Source of the DNA: an uncultured delta proteobacterium | GTDB lineage: Bacteria > Desulfobacterota > Desulfuromonadia > Desulfuromonadales > JACZKF01 | Assembly (NCBI GenBank): GCA_963816395.1 | Contig: CAWFKQ010000008.1 | Location: forward strand, 1 to 64,000 | Direction: 5' to 3' | DNA length: 64,000 nt | Shown here: positions 22,772 through 33,953 of the stretch, piece by piece | Position numbering within the stretch: the stretch's first letter is position 1 | Layout of the letters: each line of letters begins with the position of its first letter | Notes under the pieces: model-generated | Seen by the model: only the letters and a program-made list of their open reading frames with translations | The model's database searches: none | Told to the model about the DNA's origin: nothing | Translations under genes and position numbers: made by a program

Positions 22772-23930
22772 ATGGTGCAGGAACCGGAGGGCAGGCCGGA
22801 GTTGGAAGCGATCCTCCGTCGCCGGATCGAGGAAGCAGGGGGGATCCCCTTTGCCGAATTCATGGCGCACTGTCTCTACCATCCTGATTTCGGCTACTAT
22901 ATGGCGCCGCGGCAGCGCATCGGGCGGGCAGGGGATTTTTTCACTTCCACCAGTGTGCATGCCATCTTCGGCCGGCTGATCGCCCGCCAGCTGCGGCAGA
23001 TGTGGGAATTGCTGGGAGGCGGCGCCTTCACCGTAGCGGAACAGGGGGCCGGAGAGGGGCATCTGGCCCTGGATATCCTTACCGCCGCCCGCGAGGAAGC
23101 CCCCGACTTTTACCGCCACCTGCGGTATCAACTGGTGGAAATCAGCCCCGACAGCCGGTGCCGGCAGGAGGAATTGCTGCAGGAACATCGAAGCCGGGTG
23201 GACTGGTGCGCCCTGGAGGATCTGGCTGGAATGGAGGGATGCTTCCTCTCCAACGAACTGGTCGACGCTTTTCCGGTGCATGTGGTGGAAAGGCGGAATG
23301 ACGAGCTGTACGAGGTTTTCGTGGTGAACGGCAGTGAGGGGTTTGCCGAGGAATTGCGCTCCCCTTCGACGCCGGCCATCGCTGAGCACTTCCGTCGCCT
23401 GGGGGTGGCGCCGGCGGAGGGAAACCGGGCTGAAGTCAACCTGGAAGCCTCTCGCTGGATGGCACGGGTGGGCGCCCTGTTAGACCGCGGATTCGTTCTG
23501 ACGATCGATTACGGCTATCCCGCGGCCGAGCTTTTCGCCCCTTTTCGCCGGCAGGGTACCCTGATGTGCTATTTTCGTCACGTTGCCGGAGAAGATCCTT
23601 ACCGGCGGATCGGCTGCCAGGATATTACCGCTCACATCGACTTTACTGCCCTTGAGATCGCCGGTACAGTCCCAGGGGCTGTCGACTCTCTGGTTCGGAG
23701 AGCAGTACCGATTCCTCCTCGCTCTCGATTTCCTGCAGGCTTTGGTTGAGCTGCAGGCGCGGGAAACCGAAGAGAACCTTGCCCGCGCACTGCGGCTGAA
23801 GGTGAAAAATCTCATTCTTCCCGAAGGCGGGATGGGGGAGACGTTCAAGGTCTTGGTGCAGGGGAAAAGGGTCGGCCGGCCGAAACTGCTCTGCGCCCGC
23901 TCCCTCCGCGAACTGCCCCTGCCAATTTGA
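22772..23930 (+). CDS. MidA/NDUFAF7-family SAM-dependent methyltransferase (frameshift ~23665)
   Basis: GDFFTS, EQGAGEG, SNELVDAFP, IDYG, QDITAHIDF, GMGETFKVL. Confidence 0.88.
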
Positions 23931-24005
23931 TTGCCGTCCCGAAAACCGCCGGTTGCACCACAGCCAGTGGCGGTTTATACTAAAACAACAGACAGGAGGT
24001 TCATC

Positions 24006-24227
24006 ATGAAGAATCAGGTTCAGGAAGTACTCAACCAGGTGCGTCCCGCTCTGCAGGCCGATGGTGGCGATGTGGAGCTGGTCAATGTCACCGATGATGG
24101 GATTGTCAGTGTGCGGCTCACGGGGGCCTGTGGCTCCTGCCCGATGTCGACCATGACCCTCAAGATGGGAATCGAGAGGACGCTCAAGGAGAAAATTCCT
24201 GGTGTCAAATCGGTAGAACAGGTGTAA
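24006..24227 (+). CDS. NifU-C/Nfu Fe-S cluster carrier
   Basis: [21 protein letters not shown]. Confidence 0.93.
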   Translation: MKNQVQEVLNQVRPALQADGGDVELVNVTDDGIVSVRLTGACGSCPMSTMTLKMGIERTLKEKIPGVKSVEQV

Positions 24228-24256
24228 TCCAAGCCCTCGCGGATGGGGAGGCAGGC

Positions 24257-24451
24257 ATGATCAAGGTGAAGACCTTCGGCGAACCGCTCGAACCATTCAA
24301 GACGCAGCGCGAGCTTGATGAACTGGACCGGCGCATCAACGATTTCATCAGCCGGAATCAGATCAGTAAGGTTCTGTCGGTCAGCGATTCCACCACACAT
24401 GAAGACGGATCCACCATCGGCTTGATTCGGGTTCTGGTTTATGAGGGGTAG
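24257..24451 (+). CDS. Small hypothetical protein (64 aa)
   Basis: GGAGG RBS, protein-like composition, fills the gap between nfu and a terminator. Confidence 0.7.
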   Translation: MIKVKTFGEPLEPFKTQRELDELDRRINDFISRNQISKVLSVSDSTTHEDGSTIGLIRVLVYEG

Positions 24452-24477
24452 TTTCCCGGTTGATCAGAAATAGAAGT

Positions 24478-24514
24478 ACAAAACGGGCGGCGTTTGCCGC
24501 CCGTTTTGTTTTTT
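24478..24514. terminator. Bidirectional intrinsic terminator
   Basis: ACAAAACGGGCGGC-GTTT-GCCGCCCGTTTTGT followed by a T run, between convergent genes. Confidence 0.85.
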
Positions 24515-24555
24515 GGTGAGGGGATGTCAGCGTGGCTGGAGCAGATGAAGACTGA

Positions 24556-25087
24556 TCATCCCGCCGGACTCCGGGAGGGCGGGCGGAGGGAGAAGCGCGT
24601 TTCGAGAAAATCGACGACCGCCCCGGTGTCATTCAGATCGAGGACGGGGACATCGAGGGTCAGCGGCTCGTCGCTTGCCACGGCAATAAGGGTTGGGTCA
24701 TCCTCCTCGCCGCGACAGAGCAGGGTGGGGCTGCGCTCCCGCCGGTGCAGCTCGATCTTTCGGCAGGCCGCTCTTCTTGAACCCTTCGGTGATTACCAGA
24801 TCGCAATCACCGAAATAGGTGGCCAGCAATTCCTCGACCGGGGGAGAGGCCTGGTGCTTTTTCACCAGGGCGAGTTTTTCCGGCGAGGCGACGAGCATGG
24901 TGTCGGCGCCGGCGGCGGTCAGCCGGTAGCTGTCCTTTCCGGGGTGATCGATTTCGAAGCGATGGGCGTCGTGTTTGATCGCCCCCACCGTGTAGCCGCG
25001 TCGCTTTAATTCGGCGATCACCTTTTCCAGCAGGCTGGTCTTGCCGGTTCCAGACTTTGCGACGAAAGAAAGCGCCTTTATCTGCAT
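24556..25087 (-). CDS. mobB: Molybdopterin-guanine dinucleotide biosynthesis protein B (frameshift ~24760)
   Basis: SGTGKT, IKHDAHRFEIDHPGKDS, EGFK; IAVASD...LDLND in a second frame. Confidence 0.9.
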
Positions 25088-25277
25088 GAGAAACCTCCGG
25101 GAAAATTCATTTGCCGAGCGGATCGCCCGCCTCCAACATTCATACTCGGCGGCTGATATTGCGAATGCCGTCGTCGGCCCACCAGCAGACGAATATTCAA
25201 GGGGATTTTGAAGGAGAACCTGCGAATCTGTTCTGTAATAAACGACATCAGGCCGGGGCGGCTGTCAGGGCCCGTCT

Positions 25278-26692
25278 TCAGCCGCTCCGCCCCTCATCCC
25301 GGGCCGCCGGCGCACCTGTCGCCTTTTCCTCCCCGCGCAGGCCGAAATATTCCTCCGGGGTATTGATGTTGCGAAAGGAAAGCCCCTGCGGGTCGAGCGG
25401 CACCAGTTCCTCCATCGGCACTTTCTGCACGGTCACTTCGGGGAAAAAACTGTCGACCTTCCTCCCCCCGGTCGCCAGCACCTTCTCCATGGCCGGCAGG
25501 CAGCTCTTGTGATAGAGGGCGTGCAGGGGTTCCATGCCCTGCTCCCCGACGGGAAGAACCACATCGGCGCCGGGCGCCTGCCGGCACAGGTGGGTGATGA
25601 CCGCCGGCGCCAGGAAAGGCATATCGCAGGCGACTACAAAGACGCGCTCGAAGCGGGCATGTCGGAGTCCGGAATGGATGCCGGCCAGGGACGTCTGAGT
25701 GCAAAAGAGGTCCGGCACCTTGCGACAGGGAATCTCCTGGTAGAGGCCGGGAGAATTTGTGACGATCAGCACCTCCTCGAACAGGGCGGCCAGTCGTCGG
25801 TATGCATGATCAATGAAACGCGCCCCGCGCAGCGGCAGGAGGGACTTGTCGCTTCCCATCCGCCGGCTTTCGCCGCCGGCCAAGATGATGCCGGTGATCC
25901 CGGGCAGACGCTCCGCCTCCGGTGTGGCGTTCAGCCGCTGCGGATGGGTGCAGATTTCGAATTCCTCCCCTCGCAGGTAGGTGATGAGAGTGATCCCGGC
26001 CTGTTCGGCCATGCGCACCGCCAGATCGGTGGCGGAAGTGCGCGAGGCGATGAGGGAGATGCCGAGACGCGCCGCTTTGGCCACCATCTCGGTGGATACC
26101 CGGCCGGAGGTCGCCACCATCATCCCCTGCAGGTCGAGGTCGCGAAAAAGCGCCTCGCCAGCCAGACGGTCCAGGGTGTTGTGGCGCCCGACGTCCTCGG
26201 CGTACAGCCGCAGCGAATGGCCGTCGCCGACGGCGGCCGAGTGGATGCCGCCGTGGCTGCGGTACTGTTCGGCGCGGCCTGCCAGCTCCCGCATCAACTG
26301 CAGGACGGCGGTGGCGGAAAAGGTTTCCCCCCGTTGGTTGCCGGCGAGAGTTCTTCCGGGCGGGGGAGATGGAAGGAAATACCGGTCCCGCAGCCGGAGG
26401 TCAAAGTCGGCGTCAGGCGCTCCGGCGCCTCGCCGCGCAGGCGGATCTCGGCTTTTCCATACTCGCTGCAAATACCCAGGGAGAGAAGGTCGTCAAGATT
26501 CCGGATGAAGCCCTGCAGGTGCAGAAAACCGGCGACCAGATAATTGAGCTGGTGCGGTGAGGCGATCAGGACCGCCAGTTCCCGGCCATTGATGCTCAGC
26601 CGCAAAGGGAACTCCCGCACCACCGGTCGAGTGACGGCGCGCAGGCTGCCCTTTCTGTATTTCAGGATCTCCAGGCGGTTCTCCTGTTCCAT
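25278..26692 (-). CDS. fdhD: FdhD sulfurtransferase fused to MobA guanylyltransferase (frameshift ~26340-26370)
   Basis: TSGCG, GGIHSAA, EDVGRHN, SGRVS, then in the same frame LAGGESRRMGSDK, ACDMP, NINTP. Confidence 0.85.
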
Positions 26693-26717
26693 TGCACCTC
26701 CTCGCAAGGTTTAGTTC

Positions 26718-27602
26718 TCAGGCGGCATCTTTCTTCCCGCGGGTGAACCCTTCCTTTTGCGCCAGCAGATCCAGGTGTAAGGTGCCGATATCCTCCACGT
26801 CCATTGGCAGTCCGGTCCCCGCCTGACGGCTGTCCACCACTTTCAGGTAGCAGGAGCATTTGCGGCAGACGTTTACGCGATAACCGTTTTCCCCCTCGGC
26901 GGTAAAATATTCCAGGCTCTCGACCTCCTGGTTGCCGCAGGCAGCGCAGCGTAGGCGGGGAACCTGCCAGGCCTCGCCGCAGGTGGCGCAGTGCAGAACC
27001 ATGCGGCCCTCCTCGCCGGCGAGTTCCCCCATGGCCGGCAGGCCGCCGCACAGAGGGCAGTAACCGTGCGGCCAGTCGCCGCTCCCGGTGCCCAGCCCTT
27101 CTTCCCGGGCGCGCTGCAGGGCAAAGGAGAGGGCGGTGTCGAACACGTACTCGAGCAGGGCCGCGGGCGCCTCCGTGCCTTCGGCGACCGTCTGCAGGGT
27201 CGGCCGGTCCCGCTCCAGACAGGCGCGGAAGATGCCAGCCAGATCGAAGTTGCCGGCGGCCAGGGCGCTACGCAGGGCATCCAGGTCCTCCTTGCCTTGC
27301 TGGCCGTGGGAATGGAGGAAGTCGATCAGGCGGTCGAGAAAGGTCGCGGCCCGGCGCGCATCGGTTTGCACGCTGTCGCCGTCGAGCAAAGGAAAGCCTT
27401 CCTGTCGTTTCAGCCTATTATTGTCGACGCCGGGGACGACAGTCAGGAAAGATTCGTTCTGTGCGTCGAGAAAACGGAAAAGCTCTTCATAGAAGCTGAA
27501 AATTTCGCTGAACTGCGGCCGTTGCCGCTTCAGGATGCACAGACGGTCCAGGCGGTTCCGGATGAATTCCACAGGCGGCTCCTTGATGAATCCGACACCC
27601 AT
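26718..27602 (-). CDS. fdhE: Formate dehydrogenase accessory protein FdhE
   Basis: CPLCG, CATC, CAAC, CRKC..YLK, LHLDLLA. Confidence 0.9.
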   Translation of the reverse strand: MGVGFIKEPPVEFIRNRLDRLCILKRQRPQFSEIFSFYEELFRFLDAQNESFLTVVPGVDNNRLKRQEGFPLLDGDSVQTDARRAATFLDRLIDFLHSHGQQGKEDLDALRSALAAGNFDLAGIFRACLERDRPTLQTVAEGTEAPAALLEYVFDTALSFALQRAREEGLGTGSGDWPHGYCPLCGGLPAMGELAGEEGRMVLHCATCGEAWQVPRLRCAACGNQEVESLEYFTAEGENGYRVNVCRKCSCYLKVVDSRQAGTGLPMDVEDIGTLHLDLLAQKEGFTRGKKDAA

Positions 27603-27692
27603 TATAATCTATCTTGCGGCCGGTGGCGAGGGTGAAATCGCCGGTAATTCAGCACCGGCGCCTGGTCATCCTTACCCCAGCGCCACCGGAGG

Positions 27693-27723
27693 AAAAAGAA
27701 GGCGGGGAAAGCCCCGCCTTCTT
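27693..27723 (-). terminator. Terminator between fdnI and fdhE
   Basis: AAGAAGGCGGGG-AAAG-CCCCGCCTTCTT with a T run on the minus strand. Confidence 0.75.
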
Positions 27724-27734
27724 CCTTGGGCGGC

Positions 27735-28352
27735 TCAGTCCTCGGCCGCCTGCTCGTACCATTTGCTGGCGTGCTTCTTCGCCCATAGCCGGCGCACCCG
27801 GCCGTAGAGCATCCCCTCCATGGTGCCGGGATTGCCGATGGTGGCCAGGTAGACGTGGACGATGATGCCCATCATGAACAGGGTAAAGAAGAGCCCGTGC
27901 GTCATCAGGGAAAAACGGGTGATGCCGCGACCGAAGGCGGTCGGATCCCAGATCACCATCCCGGTCGCTGCCATGATCAGGGTGCCGACGAAGGAAAAAA
28001 TGCCGAACGCCTTCTGCCCGGCGTTGAATTTCCCCTGCGGGATATCCCCGTTCTTCCGTGACAGGTAGCCGCCCATGGCGGAGAACCAGCGCCGATCATC
28101 GGCATCGAAGCGGGTGACCTCGCGCGCATGCCGGAAGAAGAGGAGTACCGAGGAGAGCAGAAAGATGATCGCCGCCCACTTGTGGAACAGGATCCCCTGC
28201 TGCGGCCCGCCGAAAAAGTGGAAGTAGTCGAAAAAGGTATGGGCGTACAGCCCCAGGGCGGAAAACACCAGGGTGAAGAAGGAAACGACCACCGTCCAGT
28301 GCAGCACGCGGTCGGCGGTGGTGAAGCGGTCAACGTAGCTGGTCATGGTCAT
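27735..28352 (-). CDS. fdnI: Formate dehydrogenase gamma (cytochrome b) subunit
   Basis: RVLHW, GKFNAGQK, HVYLA, WAKKH..W; four TM helices. Confidence 0.92.
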   Translation of the reverse strand: MTMTSYVDRFTTADRVLHWTVVVSFFTLVFSALGLYAHTFFDYFHFFGGPQQGILFHKWAAIIFLLSSVLLFFRHAREVTRFDADDRRWFSAMGGYLSRKNGDIPQGKFNAGQKAFGIFSFVGTLIMAATGMVIWDPTAFGRGITRFSLMTHGLFFTLFMMGIIVHVYLATIGNPGTMEGMLYGRVRRLWAKKHASKWYEQAAED

Positions 28353-29125
28353 TCACCTCCTTTGTGCGTTTCCTGGTCGCCTTCGTCCTCCTCCAGCTTC
28401 TTCGGCCCGACGGTCACGTAGTGCAGGAGAGCGGTGCCGACGGCGCCCCAGAAACCGAGGATTCCCAAGGGCTTGATGACGTCTTTCCAGAGGAAGATGG
28501 AGGCGGGAATGGCCGGCCGATCCGGCAGCTCGTAGGTGCCCGGCGCATCGTCCAGGATGTACATGACCCCCAGGCCGCCCAGGTCGTTTTCGCCGTAGAT
28601 CTTCTGCCCCTTGCCCTTGGCGCCGGCAATGAGCTGGTCGCGGTCGCCGAACTGCAGCGCCCCCGTCGGGCAGGCCTTGGCGCAGGCCGGAACGAGGCCG
28701 TTGCTCACCCGGTCGGCGCAGGCGTGACACTTGGTGACCTTCTTCTCGCCGGTGTAGCGCGGGACGTCGAAGGGGCAGCCGTTGACGCAGTAGTTGCAGC
28801 CGATGCACTTCTCCTGGTCGTAGGCGATCAGCCCTTCCGGGGTGCGGTAGAGGGCGCCGGCCGACGGGCAGACCTTGAGACAGCCGGCATCGCCGCAGTG
28901 CATGCAGCGCCGGTTGAGGAAGAGCCAGCGCATTTCGCCATTGTCTTCCGCCTCGATGAAGTGGATGCGGTTGAACAGATGGGGGGTGAGGGTGGGCGGG
29001 TTCTCGTAACTGCCCTTGTTCACCGTCCCGTCGGCCGGCAGCTTGTTCCATTGCTTGCAGGCCACCTGGCAGCTGCGGCAGGCCATGCAGCGGGTGCTAT
29101 CGATCAGAAATGCCTTGCGTGCCAT
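28349..29125 (-). CDS. fdnH: Formate dehydrogenase beta (4x[4Fe-4S]) subunit
   Basis: CMACRSCQVACKQWN, CMHC, CIGCNYC, KCHAC; C-terminal TM anchor. Confidence 0.93.
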   Translation of the reverse strand: MARKAFLIDSTRCMACRSCQVACKQWNKLPADGTVNKGSYENPPTLTPHLFNRIHFIEAEDNGEMRWLFLNRRCMHCGDAGCLKVCPSAGALYRTPEGLIAYDQEKCIGCNYCVNGCPFDVPRYTGEKKVTKCHACADRVSNGLVPACAKACPTGALQFGDRDQLIAGAKGKGQKIYGENDLGGLGVMYILDDAPGTYELPDRPAIPASIFLWKDVIKPLGILGFWGAVGTALLHYVTVGPKKLEEDEGDQETHKGGE

Positions 29126-29131
29126 CGCTCA

Positions 29132-32100
29132 TCACCCCCTTTTCTTTTCGATATTGACCATGAACGCCTTGGTTTCCGGGATCATGGTATTGGCGTCGCC
29201 AATGGTGGGCGTGAGCAGGTTGGAGCTGTCGCCCACGTTGGGCGTGCTCCAGCCGTAACACCAGGGGAGGCCGATCTGGTGCACGGTCTTCCCCTGCACC
29301 TGGAAGGGGCGGAAGCGCTTGGTGACGATCGCCACCGCCTCCACCTTGCCGCGCCCGGAAGCAATTTCGCAAAGTTCGCCGTTGCGGATCCCCTTCTCCT
29401 TCGCCAATTCGGGACTCAGCTCGACGAACTGGCGCGGCTGCAGTTCCATCAGCCAGGGGGTATTGCGGGTCATGACCCCGGTCTGCCAGTGCTCGGTCAC
29501 CCGGTAGGTGGTGCCGACGAGGGGGTAGCGCCCGTCGGCGGTGTAGAAGACATCTTCCGGCAAGCTCTTTTCGCCGGTGTAGAAGAGCTTGATCGTCGGA
29601 TTGTTCCTGGTGCCGGAGAGCGGGTTGTCGGCGAGCGGGGATTCCAGGGGCTCGTAATGCTCGGGGAAAGGCCCCTCGTTGAGGCCGGCGGCGAATACCG
29701 AGGCGACGCCGTCGGGCAGCATGATGAAGGACTTTTTGGTGTCGGGGCTGACCAGCGGTTTCCAGCCGCCGTCGGGGACATCGCCGGCCCAGCCGCTGCC
29801 GGTCCACCAGATAACCGGTTGTTCGCTGTCCCAGGGCTTGCCGTCGGCGTTGACCGAGGCTCGATTGTAGAGGATGCGCCGGTTGACCGGCCAGCACCAG
29901 GCCCACTCGGGGTAGAGGCCGATGCCGCTCGGGTCCTTCTGGCTGCGGCGGGCCATGTTGTTCCCCGCATCGTTGTAGCTCTGACAGTAGAGCCAGTTGC
30001 CCGAAGTGGTGGAACCGTCATCCTGCAGGAAGGCGAAGGAGGGGACCAGGTCTCCTTTTTTGTACTGCTTGCCTTTGATCTCCTTGTCGGCGAGGAATTG
30101 GCCGTTGATTTCCTTGGCGACGGCATGAATGTCCATGCTCCGGATTTTGCCGTTCAGATCCTTGAAGCCGTAATTCCAGCTCAGCTTCAGGATCGGGTCG
30201 GGGAAGGCGCCGCCTTCTGCTGCGTACAGCTTGCGCACCCGGTAGTAGAGCTCGTTCATCATCTCGGAGTCGGGCAGCGACCCTCCGAGGGGCTTGACCG
30301 CCCGGTAGCGCCACTGCGCCCAGCGGCCGGAGTTGGTGATGCTCCCCTCCTTCTCGAAAGAAGCCGCCGCCGGCAGGAAGAAAACTTCGGTGTCGATCTT
30401 TGCCGGATCAGCTTCCGGCCCCCGCCAGAAGGAGGCGGTCTCATTGTCGAAGAGATTGACCGCCACCATCCAGTCGAGTTTGGCCAGAGCCTTGCGCACC
30501 TTGCCGGCGTTGCTGCCGGAGCAGGCCGGGTTCTGTCCCCAGGCGAAAAATCCCTTGATTCCCCCCTTGAACATTCGGTCGAAGAGCATCAGCCAGCTGG
30601 CGTTCTGCCCGTCATCCAGTTTCGGCAGCAGCTGGTAGCCGAAACCCTCCGCCGCCGTCAGGCCGGGATCGTACATCGCCCGCAGGAAGGAGACGATGTA
30701 CTTGCTGCGGTTCCCCCACCAGTTGGCGCTTTGCGGATCCTTGGTCGTGGGGGTGGTCTTCTCCACGTAGGCCGCCAGGTCCGCCATGCCGGCCCTGGGG
30801 GTCGGCAGGTAGCCGGGCAGGATGTGGAAGAGCAGGCAGTGGTCGGTCGAGCCCTGGACGTTCGACTCGCCGCGCAGGGCATTGACGCCGCCGCCGGCCA
30901 CCCCGATATTCCCCAGCAGCAGCTGGATGATGGCCATGGTGCGGATGTTCTGGGTGCCGACCGTGTGCTGGGTCCAGCCCATGGCGTACATGATGGTCGC
31001 CGCCTTGCCGGGGGCGCCGCTGGCGCCGTAGGTCCGGTAGACGTCGAGCAGCTTGTCTTTGGGGGTGCCGGTGATGCCGGAGACTACCTCCGGGGTGTAG
31101 CGCTCATAACTGTTTCTTCAGCAGCTGCAGGGCGCTGAAGGGGTGCTGCATGCTCGGATCGGTCTTCGGCACGCCATTTTCGTCCCGCTGGAAACCCCAG
31201 GCCTTCTTGTCGTACTTGCGGGTTTTCGGGTCGTAGCCGGAGAAGAGGCCGTCCATCTCTCCAGGCATCTGGAAACTTTCGTTAACCAGGAAGGTGGCAT
31301 TGGTGTGCAGCCGCAGGTACTCCTCATTATGCAGATTGTTCTCGAGGATGTAGCGGATCATGCCGCCGAGAAAGGCGATGTCGGTCCCCGAGCGCAGCGG
31401 CGCATAGAGGTCGGCCTTCGAGGAGGTGCGGGTGAAGCGCGGGTCGACGCTGATCAGCTTGGCGCCGCGGCCTTGCGCTTCCAGCACATAACGGAAGGAG
31501 ACGGGATGGTTTTCGGCGGCATTGGAGCCCATCACCAGGATGACATCGGCGTTGCGGATGTCGATCCAGTGGTTGGTCATGGCGCCGCGGCCGAAAGAGG
31601 CTGCCAGACTGGCAACCGTGGCGGAGTGTCATATTCGCGCCTGGTGTTCAATGTAGACCAGCCCCAGTCCCCGCAGCAGCTTCTGGTACAGGTAGCACTC
31701 CTCGTTGTCGAGGGCGGCGCTGCCGACCGAAGCGATGGCGTCGGTACGGTTGACCGTCTGCCCCCGGTCGTTGGCCGGCATGAAGGAGGCGTCGCGGGTA
31801 TCCTTGATCCGGCGGGCGATCTGCTCCGAAGGCCCAGTCCCAGGAGACCGGCTTCCAGTTCTTCTCCCCCTTCCCCCGGTAGAGGGGCTGGGTGATGCGC
31901 TTCTCGTTGTGGCGCAGCTGGTAGACCGACGCGCCTTTGCTGCACAGCGTTCCCCGGCTGATCGGATGATCCGGATCCCCCTCGGTGTTGATCACCTCGC
32001 CGCCGCGGGTGTGGACGATGATGCCGCACCCGACCGCGCAGTAGGGACAGATGGTGGTGGTCTCCCTGGCGTACTGGACGGCCAGCGGCTGGGCATAGCT

Positions 32101-32187
32101 CCGGGCCGGCTGAAGGCCGACGCCCAGGACCGATGCTGCCACCGTGCCTCCCGAGTACTTGAGGAAGCCGCGTCTGGTAAGATCCAT
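29132..32187 (-). CDS. fdnG: Selenocysteine-containing formate dehydrogenase alpha subunit (Tat-exported; frameshifts ~31825 and ~31105)
   Basis: TRRGFLK, CPYCAVGC, EHQARI-[TGA]-HSATV, GRGAMTNHW, ALRGESNVQG, PETKAFMVN. Confidence 0.93.
31599..31631 (-). promoter_or_regulatory. Sec UGA codon (31629-31631) and SECIS hairpin (31599-31617)
   Basis: TGA at the catalytic position, followed 11 nt later by GGTTGCCA-GTC-TGGCAGCC. Confidence 0.88.
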
Positions 32188-32278
32188 CTCCTGCTCCTTT
32201 CGAAAAATGAACTGGCACAAGTCGGGCCGACATTTCGCCCCGGCGGCGGGATCTCCCGCAGGTCACCTGACTTGGATC

Positions 32279-32294
32279 AGCAAATTTCATACCG
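32279..32294 (-). promoter_or_regulatory. Sigma54 promoter of fdnG
   Basis: CGGTATGAAATTTGCT (GG-N10-GC) about 90 nt upstream of the ATG. Confidence 0.65.
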
Positions 32295-32490
32295 ATGTTC
32301 TATTTCCTCTAATAAGGCTGGTATCACCTACAGTTTTTCCTTTTCACAAGGAATTTACAGGGAATAGGGCGCGCCAGAAACTTGTATCTTTTTCGCCTGA
32401 ATTGTATAAATATTATCCACCTGGAAAAATTCTTAAGGGTCGATTCTAAAAGTTGTTCTGGATTTTTCCAGGATGCCGAAAGGTGAAGAA

Positions 32491-33855
32491 ATGGCCGGGA
32501 AGATCTACATCTGCGACGATGAAGAAGGGATGCTCCTGTACCTGCGCAAGACGGTCGCCGACTGGGGATTCGAGGTCGAGACCTGCAGCGCGCCCCAGAT
32601 TCTGCTGAGGTCCCTGGAAAAGGCCGAGGAGGAGGCAGGAGTGCTCCTTCTCGATCTCAGGATGCCGGAGATGGACGGCATCACGGTGCTGCGCCGGGTT
32701 CGCGAGATCCGCCCCGATCTCGGGGTCATCGTCATGACCGGCTACGGCACCATCGATTCGGCTGTGGAGGCCATCCAGCTCGGCGCCTTCGATTACCTGA
32801 CCAAGCCTTTTCCGGAAGAGCGGCTCGGTACCCTGCTGGAGCGCTGCCTGGAGCGCCAGCAGTTGCTTCTGGAGAACCGCTCCCTGAAAAAAGACCTGCG
32901 GAACCGCATTGCCCCCGGTACCATCGTTTTCCGCAGCGCCCTGTTCCGGGAGGTGTACGAGCTGGCCCTGCGGGTGGCCGGCAGCGATGTCAGCGTCCTG
33001 CTTTCCGGCGAGAGCGGCACCGGTAAGGAGCTGATTGCCGCCGCCATTCACTACGCCAGCCCGCGCGCCGAGCGGCGCTTCCTGGCGGTCAACTGCGCCG
33101 CCCTGACCGAGAGCCTGCTCGAGAGCCAGTTGTTCGGCCATCTCAAGGGCGCCTTCACCGGCGCCGTCCAGAATCAGAAGGGGCTGCTCGAGGAAGCCGA
33201 CGGCGGCATCCTGTTCCTTGATGAAGTGGGCGAACTGAGTCCGGCGCTGCAGGCCAAGCTGCTGCGGGTGCTGCAGGAAGGGGAGTTCATCCCGGTCGGG
33301 GCCACCCGTGCCAAGCGGGTGAATGTACGCGTCATTGCCGCCACCAACAAGAACCTGGAAGAGGAGATCGCCCGGGGCCGGTTCCGCGAGGATCTTTATT
33401 ACCGGCTCAACGTCTTTTCCCTGCAGCTGCCGCCGCTGCGGGAGCGTCCCGAGGACATCCAGCCGCTGGCCGAGCATTTCCTCTCCCGGGCGGCCGCCAG
33501 GCAGGGGCGTCCCTTTCGTGGATTCTCCCCCGGAGCTCTGGCGGCGCTGCGCCGCTATCCCTGGCCGGGTAACGTGCGCGAGCTGCGGAACGTCATAGAG
33601 CGGGGCATCATTCTCGCCCGCAGCGACTTTATCACCGTTGACGACCTGCCGCTGAAGGTGAACCAGCCTCCTGACGGCAGGGATGCCGCCGGCCCGGGCG
33701 AACCCGTCTCCCTGCGCGAGGCCGAGCGCCTGCAGGTCGCCCGCATTCTGCGCCGTACCCGCTGGAACAAGAGCCGGGCCGCCCGTCTGCTGGATATCAC
33801 CCGGCGCACCCTGGACCGTAAGATCGTCGAATATGGATTAAGCCCGGAACTGTAG
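32491..33855 (+). CDS. Sigma54-dependent response regulator (AtoC/NtrC family)
   Basis: [28 protein letters not shown]. Confidence 0.93.
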   Translation: MAGKIYICDDEEGMLLYLRKTVADWGFEVETCSAPQILLRSLEKAEEEAGVLLLDLRMPEMDGITVLRRVREIRPDLGVIVMTGYGTIDSAVEAIQLGAFDYLTKPFPEERLGTLLERCLERQQLLLENRSLKKDLRNRIAPGTIVFRSALFREVYELALRVAGSDVSVLLSGESGTGKELIAAAIHYASPRAERRFLAVNCAALTESLLESQLFGHLKGAFTGAVQNQKGLLEEADGGILFLDEVGELSPALQAKLLRVLQEGEFIPVGATRAKRVNVRVIAATNKNLEEEIARGRFREDLYYRLNVFSLQLPPLRERPEDIQPLAEHFLSRAAARQGRPFRGFSPGALAALRRYPWPGNVRELRNVIERGIILARSDFITVDDLPLKVNQPPDGRDAAGPGEPVSLREAERLQVARILRRTRWNKSRAARLLDITRRTLDRKIVEYGLSPEL

Positions 33856-33941
33856 GGGCACGGCGTGCCGTGCCGGTTTCGTTGCCGGGGCAAAATTCAG
33901 GGAACGGTGAAAAACCAGGGCACGGCACGCCGTGCCCCTAC
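33852..33941. repeat. Inverted pair of GTAG-family REP elements (BIME-like)
   Basis: GTAGGGGCACGGCGTGCCGTGCC at 33852 (+) and its reverse complement ending at 33941. Confidence 0.85.
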
Positions 33942-33953
33942 GTGGTGATATCG

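Noticed and set aside
25088..25277. Moco riboswitch upstream of mobB
   Set aside because: No matching conserved segments seen
28364..31138. 924-aa plus-strand ORF and similar long antisense ORFs (35862..37697, 41479..43194, 53848..55158, 58811..60076)
   Set aside because: Antisense shadows of high-GC genes with no recognisable motifs
32361..32376. Alternative sigma54 box TGGCGCGCCCTATTCC upstream of fdnG
   Set aside because: Lacks GC at -12; the 32279-32294 site fits better
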